Assembly: GCA_048882505.1 (NCBI GenBank)
Contig: JBHLRO010000062.1
Span: 1 to 5,439, forward strand
Source: Candidatus Thorarchaeota archaeon
GTDB lineage: Archaea > Asgardarchaeota > Heimdallarchaeia > Hodarchaeales > Hodarchaeaceae
Length of the DNA: 5,439 bases
Direction of reading: 5' to 3'
Shown in pieces: positions 1-4,524 of the stretch. The position numbers and the translations under genes are program-made. Under the pieces are notes generated by a model, which did no database searches, was not told the origin of the DNA, and saw nothing but the letters and a program-made list of their open reading frames with translations. Positions within the stretch are counted from its first letter, which is position 1, and each line of letters starts with the position of its first letter.

Positions 1-384
1 CCCTTTGATGCGAAACACCTGGCCTGTGGTGACGGGGGCGTGAATGAAACGCTCTTTGAGAAGGGAGGACGACACCACCAACGTGTATTTTGGATCAGTG
101 GGTCGAAACACCACGGTACGAGCGACTTGTTTCCGAATACCTTGACACTGCACGAAATCACCTACCTTCACGTTCAAGTTGTCACGAATCATTCGATCCA
201 TCCGAATAATGGGTAATTTGTCATCCACCCCTTTCGTGGCGAACACTTGCACCCCGATCCTGGGGTTTTTGCCCTCGGGTGAGATTGCAAGGTAGTCAGC
301 GCGGTCAAGGCCGTACAGGAGCATTTGGGAGGGCTCCATTCGTACGAACCCCTGGCCTTCATCGCTCGGATAGGCGTGGGCCAG
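1..384 (-). CDS. CDC48/VCP/VAT-type N-terminal domain protein (CDC48_N double-psi barrel plus start of CDC48_2). Runs off the left edge and lacks its own start codon; any AAA domain is outside the window.
   Basis: Manual translation 384->1: LAHAYPSDEGQGFVRMEPSQMLLYGLDRADYLAISPEGKNPRIGVQVFATKGVDDKLPIIRMDRMIRDNLNVKVGDFVQCQGIRKQVARTVVFRPTDPKYTLVVSSLLKERFIHAPVTTGQVFRIKG. This matches the archaeal CDC48 N-domain pattern (VAEAYxxDxGxGxxRxxP...IIRMDxxxRxNxxVxxGDxV...VVxxP...LxxRxxxxPVxxG). The frame is closed upstream by TGA at 403-405 with no ATG before the homologous region. Absent from the ORF track. Confidence 0.85.
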   Translation of the reverse strand, partial: MAHAYPSDEGQGFVRMEPSQMLLYGLDRADYLAISPEGKNPRIGVQVFATKGVDDKLPIIRMDRMIRDNLNVKVGDFVQCQGIRKQVARTVVFRPTDPKYTLVVSSSLLKERFIHAPVTTGQVFRIKG

Positions 385-398
385 ATCAGATACAGCAG
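384..398. repeat. Left copy of imperfect 15-bp direct repeat flanking the AT-rich insert
   Basis: gatcagatacagcag (384-398) vs gagcaggtacagcag (2653-2667): 13/15 identical, same orientation, each near a GC/AT transition. On the minus strand they encode LLYLI and LLYLL. Confidence 0.55.
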
Positions 399-551
399 GG
401 AATCAATGATCGCCAATATCTATTGATACTATTTTGGAACAATTCTTGGTTTAAGATCGATAATCCAGTATTTCTTGTTTCAATTTCAGGTTTCATGATC
501 GATGTGATGTTTTTTAATAGACTCTCCATACTCGGTGAGATCAGGTTAATC

Positions 552-937
552 TTAATTTTTCTTGTCATATAATGATAGTAAATCACCAATAGGAGATATG
601 CATAAATAATGAATCGATTTACCTCTTCTTTTGATACAATCGTCGCGTGAGTTCCTTTCTGTGCAGCTTCCTAAATGCTATCTAAGCGGTCACCAAGGAA
701 TTTGATATGTGATCCGACTAAATCATTGAAACGCTTCGATTCACTTGATTCTTCAACAAAGGCCATAATTCTATTAATATAGTTGCTTTTCGCTAATTTT
801 AATAACTTCTCTTCTTCATCAATGACCTTCTTCTCATCTTCACGAGGAGAATATACCGCATCTGCTAAATCCTACTAGATTCTTCTCAAATTATGAACAG
901 CATTCGATCAGTCTACTGGATTTTCTGATTTTAAATT
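552..937 (-). pseudogene. 5'-truncated pseudogene of a conserved helical protein resembling the HEPN/DUF4145-like C-terminal domain of AbiTii-type defence proteins
   Basis: One frame reads NLKSENPVD*SNAVHNLRRI**DLADAVYSPREDEKKVIDEEEKLLKLAKSNYINRIMAFVEESSESKRFNDLVGSHIKFLGDRLDSI*EAAQKGTHATIVSKEEVNRFIIYAYLL. After a 1-nt shift near 591 it continues IGDLLSLYDKKN* (TAA 552-554). Stops are at 908-910 (TGA), 875-877, 872-874 and 671-673 (TAG). It matches a family I recall with motifs SENPEDWSNAVHSCRRILQDLAD, NYINR, GSHLxFLGDRLD, AQKGSH and YLLVGD. The pseudogene call is firm; the family name is from memory. Confidence 0.7.
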
Positions 938-1014
938 TGAAGGGGAAATGAGTAGGATAATTCCTAAAATTTGTTTGCTGCTAAGCACCTCACTTATTTT
1001 TATTCACTGTTTAT

Positions 1015-1536
1015 TTATGGTTCTACACCTTCAAAATAATAAACATCTACAGCGTCCACTGCTCCACTTCCATAACCATATATACTATCATTTATCCAGA
1101 TATTTACCCTGATTATTTTCCCTGTATATCCGAAAGTATATGATTGCCATGAGGTTGTAAGAGTAAATATCTCAGAACCACCACCGCCGCCGCCTTCAGT
1201 ATAAATATGTAATCGTAATTTCATTGTGCTATCAGGTGATAAACTTTTAGATTTAACTTTTAACACCCAATATTCACTCGGTTGCCCAGAATAAGTTTGA
1301 AAAATCTGTCCTGCGGTAGTTATGTTTGCACTATAATCACCTTCAAAAGCATCAGTACAACGTGAAGTACTTGAAGACTCACTCCAATATACTAAATCGG
1401 AAGATGAGTACCAAGACTCTAAACCTCCATCATTTACTATTGAAACCTTCTTAAGAGCCTGTGTTTGTATGGGAAAAACCATCAAAAGAGCTATTCCTAT
1501 AAACAGCGCCATAAAAACATATCGTCTATTTATCAT
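1015..1536 (-). CDS. Secreted CBM4/9-like (galactose-binding-like beta-sandwich) protein, 173 aa, paralog 2
   Basis: Best start is ATG 1536 (MINRRYVFMALFIGIALLMVFPIQTQA|LKK), preceded by RBS-like GGAGCTGA just after the upstream stop. It has a Sec-type signal peptide and the motifs IVNDGGLESW, AFEGDYSA, QTY, LTTSWQSYTF and AVDAVDV typical of CBM_4_9-like folds. No catalytic or membrane-anchor domain is seen. Confidence 0.8.
   Translation of the reverse strand: MINRRYVFMALFIGIALLMVFPIQTQALKKVSIVNDGGLESWYSSSDLVYWSESSSTSRCTDAFEGDYSANITTAGQIFQTYSGQPSEYWVLKVKSKSLSPDSTMKLRLHIYTEGGGGGGSEIFTLTTSWQSYTFGYTGKIIRVNIWINDSIYGYGSGAVDAVDVYYFEGVEP
1177..1194 (-). repeat. (GGC)3(GGT)3 triplet run encoding Gly6
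   Basis: Plus strand accaccaccgccgccgcc; the protein reads EGGGGGGSE. Confidence 0.9.
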
Positions 1537-1550
1537 CTTCTCAGCTCCGT

Positions 1551-2087
1551 TTATGGATCTACTTCCAGCCAACCAAAATCAAGGGCATCTATTAGAACAT
1601 GAGGTGTTATCTCATAACATCCAACCATGATTCCAGTTGGAATCCCTGTATAACTGTTTGAAAAAGAAGTCCACGATGTTGAAGTAACATCTTTGGTTGA
1701 AGAATCATATCCACCTTCATATAAAATAACTAATATTATCCCCGTATAGGACCCTGCCGATTCCAGCCGGGCTTTCAATCTTAATGTCCAAGTACGTGAA
1801 GATAATCCAGAATAGTCTTGGGATATCCATTCTGCTTGAACATCGAATTCAACACTATAAGACCCACTGTAAGGTATAGGATTTTTTAAATAAGTCCCAC
1901 CTACATTTTTTTCATCCCAGTAAGTCAGGTCATTTTCATCATTCCAGTATTCGACACTACCATCAGTTATTATTGAATGCCATTTGAGAGCTGATACTTG
2001 TGTCACAGGAAATGACATAAAGAGAGCTATTCCCAGAGATAACGCCAGAAAGGCGTTTCGTTTTGTCATCAATTTTTGTATTTTCAT
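1551..2087 (-). CDS. Secreted CBM4/9-like protein, 178 aa, paralog 1
   Basis: ATG 2087 with AGGTGA 7 nt upstream. Signal peptide ...AFLALSLGIALFMSFPVTQVSA|LKW aligns with paralog 2 (GIAL.M.FP....ALK..SI..DG..E.W....DL.YW.E; YSGSYS ~ FEGDYS; TSTSWTSF ~ TTSWQSY; LIDALD ~ AVDAVD). Ends in VDP. Confidence 0.85.
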   Translation of the reverse strand: MKIQKLMTKRNAFLALSLGIALFMSFPVTQVSALKWHSIITDGSVEYWNDENDLTYWDEKNVGGTYLKNPIPYSGSYSVEFDVQAEWISQDYSGLSSRTWTLRLKARLESAGSYTGIILVILYEGGYDSSTKDVTSTSWTSFSNSYTGIPTGIMVGCYEITPHVLIDALDFGWLEVDP

Positions 2088-2094
2088 TTCTTTT

Positions 2095-2100
2095 TCACCT
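2095..2100 (-). promoter_or_regulatory. Shine-Dalgarno AGGTGA for the gene starting at 2087
   Basis: Minus strand AATAGGTGAAAAAGAAATG; matches the GGAGGTGA consensus at 7-nt spacing. Confidence 0.7.
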
Positions 2101-2156
2101 ATTGAATTTCACGTTTATTCTGATCATGGATCCCAGGCTTTTTCACGCATTGGTTT

Positions 2157-2273
2157 TCACTGTTTATGGTCTAAGATTGCAGCACTAGTAGGACTCGCGT
2201 GAATCCCTACAATAATTCCAAGTATTATCAACAAAGCCAAGAGTTTAGGTGTTCTAGTTATCGAATGTTCCAT
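2157..2273 (-). pseudogene. 38-aa ORF that is almost entirely a signal peptide; probable remnant of a secreted-protein gene
   Basis: MEHSITRTPKLLALLIILGIIVGIHASPTSA|AILDHKQ*, with GAAGGTGG upstream. The ATG overlaps the end of the preceding frame. Below the ORF track cutoff. Confidence 0.6.
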
Positions 2274-2604
2274 ATCCTGCGTCCACCTTCATTTTGATCA
2301 GGGGTCACTTCTTCAAATCCCCGTCTCGGTTTCTTCATTCTTCTCTGAATGAAATCGAATTTAAGCACCTTAATTGTGGGATCAAAGGCGCTACTGATCC
2401 TTTCTAGGATCTGTCTAGATTAGTATGACTCCATTTAAAAGCGATAAAGGCCCACTTTTTCACTAGGATTTCATGAAAATTAGTGAATAAATCACCAAAT
2501 GCATCGTCTAGATTTTCAAGAAATTTAGCATTTTGGGTATGATATTTGTCAAACAAAGACATCTGATAGACCTGTTTTCCTTCCATTACCTCAAATATGG
2601 TCAT
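2258..2604 (-). pseudogene. Hypothetical protein (~115 aa) with one apparent frameshift near 2404-2419
   Basis: Track ORF 2404..2604 (MTIFEV...KWSHTNL) can continue, by restoring 1 nt, into an open frame 2419->2258 (RQILERISSAFDPTIKVLKFDFIQRRMKKPRRGFEEVTPDQNEGGRRIWNIR*). That frame's end overlaps the next ATG. No family recognised. Confidence 0.45.
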
Positions 2605-2621
2605 GCTTTATGGTCATGTTT
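2596..2621. repeat. 13-bp-period tandem duplication at the right end of the AT-rich insert
   Basis: tatggtcatgctt (2596-2608) / tatggtcatgttt (2609-2621), 12/13 identical. Confidence 0.8.
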
Positions 2622-2751
2622 GGTTCGGTTTGACCCTCTTCTGGTGTTTGACGAGCAGGTACAGCAGCGTGATCCGTTGCGTGTCCGTGGGCGCAGTGAC
2701 CCGTACCACAGGCGCTAACACAATCCTCTGCAGGGGTTCCGTCTCGCTCAT
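2614..2751 (-). pseudogene. 45-aa ORF translationally coupled to the longin gene; probable detached 5' end of the CDC48-like gene
   Basis: ATG 2751-2749 overlaps the TGA of the upstream gene (ATGA). Reads MSETEPLQRIVLAPVVRVTAPTDTQRITLLYLLVKHQKRVKPNQT*. Its codon phase is the same as the CDC48-N frame at 384. Confidence 0.6.
2653..2667. repeat. Right copy of imperfect 15-bp direct repeat
   Basis: gagcaggtacagcag, 13/15 identical to 384-398. Confidence 0.55.
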
Positions 2752-3533
2752 TCCTCTTCACTGGGTACCTCGACCATGATGGTGCGCGTGTGGGATGCTT
2801 CGTCCCAGTAAACTTCATGATCCAGGCTGAAGTTCGAGAGTAACTCCTCTAGGATTTCCGTATAGAAACAGGCCCGCGGTTCCTGACATAGATGGCAGTT
2901 CTCACACTCCAACACGTACTGCGTATCGTTCCGATAGATAAAGTCGCCGTCCACCCGACTGAGCAGTCTGTCCACGAGACTCAATCGGCGCTCGATCTGC
3001 TGAGCGTGTCCGTAGGTGACCGCCTGGCGAACTAATCGCTGTGCTATCATGGCCGCTCGCTCGAACAAATCCACCTCCACAATTTCCTCTTCCATGAGCA
3101 GCCGTTCCTCCACTAGGGTGAGGATCAAGTGTAACTGAACATCGATCCCTCGCAGATAGGTCACCGCCTCCTGTTTAAACGGATCAAATTGGGTGACATC
3201 GAAAACAATGGACTGGTCGGTGTCGAGGGGAATGGTGGGGTATTGGTGACAGAACGTGTCGTGGAGGAGGGTCAGTGGATGTTCCACCCACTGGGGCCGT
3301 ACTCGAGCATCGAGCACCAAAACAAAGATGATCCCATTCTGGCAGTAAAATAACATCTGCTCCCGTCTCATCTGGATCGATTGGAGGACATCTTCCTTCA
3401 CCTGGGCGGTGAAACTAACTAACGCACTGACGAGATTGGCCTGGATCAGAGCAGACTCAGGGGCGTTCAGCTCAGGAAACGTAACGTGGAAGAGCAGCCC
3501 CCCATGTTCAATGATCGCAAATAAGGCTTTAAT
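2748..3533 (-). CDS. Longin-domain protein fused to a C-terminal Cys-containing V4R/Bet3(HNOX-like)-fold domain, ~261 aa; start codon uncertain
   Basis: The frame is open well upstream of the track's GTG 3401, to the TAA at 3612-3614. It reads IKALFAIIEHGGLLFHVTFPELNAPESALIQANLVSALVSFTAQVKEDVLQSIQMRREQMLFYCQNGIIFVLVLDARVRPQWVEHPLTLLHDTFCHQYP, which fits the longin pattern (beta-beta-alpha-beta-beta-beta-alpha; GxxLF, LxSAxxSF, IFVLxxD, FxxxY). The C-terminus has YVLECENCHLCQEPRACFYTEILEELL followed by beta strands, V4R-like. Confidence 0.75.
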   Translation of the reverse strand: MKALFAIIEHGGLLFHVTFPELNAPESALIQANLVSALVSFTAQVKEDVLQSIQMRREQMLFYCQNGIIFVLVLDARVRPQWVEHPLTLLHDTFCHQYPTIPLDTDQSIVFDVTQFDPFKQEAVTYLRGIDVQLHLILTLVEERLLMEEEIVEVDLFERAAMIAQRLVRQAVTYGHAQQIERRLSLVDRLLSRVDGDFIYRNDTQYVLECENCHLCQEPRACFYTEILEELLSNFSLDHEVYWDEASHTRTIMVEVPSEEE

Positions 3534-3540
3534 ATGCGCG

Positions 3541-3545
3541 CCTCC
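3541..3545 (-). promoter_or_regulatory. Candidate Shine-Dalgarno GGAGG, 7 nt before ATT 3533
   Basis: Minus strand GGTGGAGGCGCGCATATTAAAGCC, immediately ahead of longin strand beta1. Confidence 0.45.
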
Positions 3546-3759
3546 ACCGAGCGTGTCTGGGGAGGTGATCTGGTTGGTCTCCGGGCATTCACCCCCGCGC
3601 GCTTGCCCATCTTACCAGGTGAGGAGCGAGTCCCATTTTTTTCCATCGGTCACTCCCCTATCCTCCTTATCTACTCGACATCCCTCTATGCCATGGATCC
3701 GATTCTAACATCTGCCTTCAGATCAGAAAATCCGACCCTTAACCCTTTGGAATGTCCGT

Positions 3760-4050
3760 TTAAGCAAGGCCCAATACCGCCGTGAGCGGTCCCTGACAAT
3801 GGGGACAAACTGGTGACTCGATGAGAGTAGCGAGTGTGGCATAACAGGTGCCGCACAGGCAGATCTCACATTGGGGACACCAGTAGGCAGACTCGTGCGC
3901 GGCGTGCAGGCGTTCATCGATCTGGCAGAGGAAGGGCAGTTCCAATTGCAAGTCATAGGGGATGGTCAATTTCGGGAATCTTAATGCCAGAAGATTCTGG
4001 CTTAAGAGGTTCATTCCAACCACCTTCGCTGGATTCTTTTCATCTACCAT
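3760..4050 (-). CDS. Small protein (96 aa) with a C-terminal RING-like Cys-rich zinc finger (TFIIH p44 C4C4-like spacing)
   Basis: FLCQID-x9-YWCPQC-x3-LCGTC-x13-CPHCQGPL. The CxxD/CxxC/CxxC/CxxC arrangement could bind two Zn. Confidence 0.7.
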   Translation of the reverse strand: MVDEKNPAKVVGMNLLSQNLLALRFPKLTIPYDLQLELPFLCQIDERLHAAHESAYWCPQCEICLCGTCYATLATLIESPVCPHCQGPLTAVLGLA

Positions 4051-4126
4051 AGGACCGAGTCCCTCTTATAAACCTGGAATAAAATCTGACACCCCTGGAT
4101 CAACCAGGGATGCCTCGGCTAGAAGC

Positions 4127-4510
4127 TCAACGAAGGACCGCCCTGCGACATTGTTCTTCGTATCTGGCCATCTCAGCTGTCGCTTCGACCACCCACGGGC
4201 ATCCCCAGCGGCGTGCATTCTCCAAGACTTCATAGGCGTACTGGTTAGTCCGACACCCCTGGCGGATTATAACGGGCTCACAATCCATCGTCCCTTCGAA
4301 CACGATTTGGCCATCTTTGAGCGTACCTTTGGGCGGTTTATCACACTGCAGTTCAAAGCGGATATCCGCGAACACCTTGGGAATTTGATCCCAGATTCGT
4401 TTATAGGACTGACACATCCGTTCAGGTAATGTCTGCGCAATTTCGGCGCCTCTCTCGTATTGAAAGAGAATTTGGGCGTCCCGCAGGACTACTCGTTCAT
4501 ATTCTGGCAT
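4127..4510 (-). CDS. Hypothetical protein (127 aa from ATG 4510); may be frameshifted and really end at 4066
   Basis: GAGGTGG lies 7 nt before ATG 4510 (MPEYERVVLRD...), favouring it over ATG 4555. An alternative frame is open 4266->4069 (…RSFVELLAEASLVDPGVSDFIPGL*). No family recognised. Confidence 0.6.
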   Translation of the reverse strand: MPEYERVVLRDAQILFQYERGAEIAQTLPERMCQSYKRIWDQIPKVFADIRFELQCDKPPKGTLKDGQIVFEGTMDCEPVIIRQGCRTNQYAYEVLENARRWGCPWVVEATAEMARYEEQCRRAVLR

Positions 4511-4517
4511 ATACCAA

Positions 4518-4524
4518 CCACCTC
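4518..4524 (-). promoter_or_regulatory. Shine-Dalgarno GAGGTGG for the gene starting at 4510
   Basis: Minus strand AGAGGTGGTTGGTATATG. Confidence 0.65.

Larger units (their letters stand above)
399..2652. mobile_element. AT-rich inserted segment (small island or island remnant), no mobility gene visible
   Basis: Composition drops to about one-third GC between GC-richer flanks. Bounded by the imperfect direct repeat and lies between two in-frame pieces of a CDC48-like gene. Cargo is secreted proteins and pseudogenes. Confidence 0.55.

Noticed and set aside
189-416. Track ORF MAIIDSLLYLIW... (75 aa, minus)
   Set aside because: Beyond the first ~11 codons it is an off-frame reading of the CDC48-N coding sequence; the other frame has the recognisable domain.
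279-589. Track ORFs 279..572 (+) and 386..589 (-)
   Set aside because: The plus ORF is an antisense shadow spanning the composition boundary. The minus ORF starts at the frameshift of the 552-937 pseudogene and has no RBS or recognisable motif.
671-910. Stop-codon reassignment (TAG/TGA read-through) explaining the in-frame stops
   Set aside because: The TAGs fall at positions expected to be different residues (L, Q, aromatic), TGA is used as a normal terminator elsewhere, and the gene also has a frameshift and a truncation.
1537-1572. TTG 1572 start for paralog 2
   Set aside because: It overlaps the upstream gene and adds a non-signal extension. ATG 1536 has an RBS and aligns with paralog 1's signal peptide.
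1003-2621. Integron attC cassette array
   Set aside because: No RYYYAAC...GTTRRRY pairs with 55-140 bp imperfect hairpins; the spacer between the CBM genes is only 14 bp; no integrase in view.
384-2667. Casposon or IS element (15-bp TSD-like repeat)
   Set aside because: No terminal inverted repeats inside the direct repeats, and no casposase, transposase or polymerase gene.
2614-2751. 45-aa ORF as a stand-alone CDC48_2-like subdomain (RIVLAP...RVKPNQT)
   Set aside because: The resemblance to the CDC48_2 xVVLAP motif is weak and too short to support. The split-gene interpretation explains it better, though this alternative is not excluded.
1984-2818. Track ORFs 1984..2202, 2533..2718, 2597..2779 (+) and 2591..2818 (-)
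   Set aside because: Antisense or off-frame overlaps of better-supported minus-strand genes; no motifs or RBS.
3402-3533. GTG 3401 as the true start of the longin gene
   Set aside because: It would delete the first two strands and most of helix 1 of the longin domain, which are intact in frame upstream.
3409-4429. Track ORFs 3409..3708, 3534..3785, 3834..4052, 3962..4429 (+) and 3723..3956 (-)
   Set aside because: Shadow ORFs in GC-rich DNA, overlapping the longin, Zn-finger and hypothetical genes; low-complexity translations rich in Pro, Ser and Arg.
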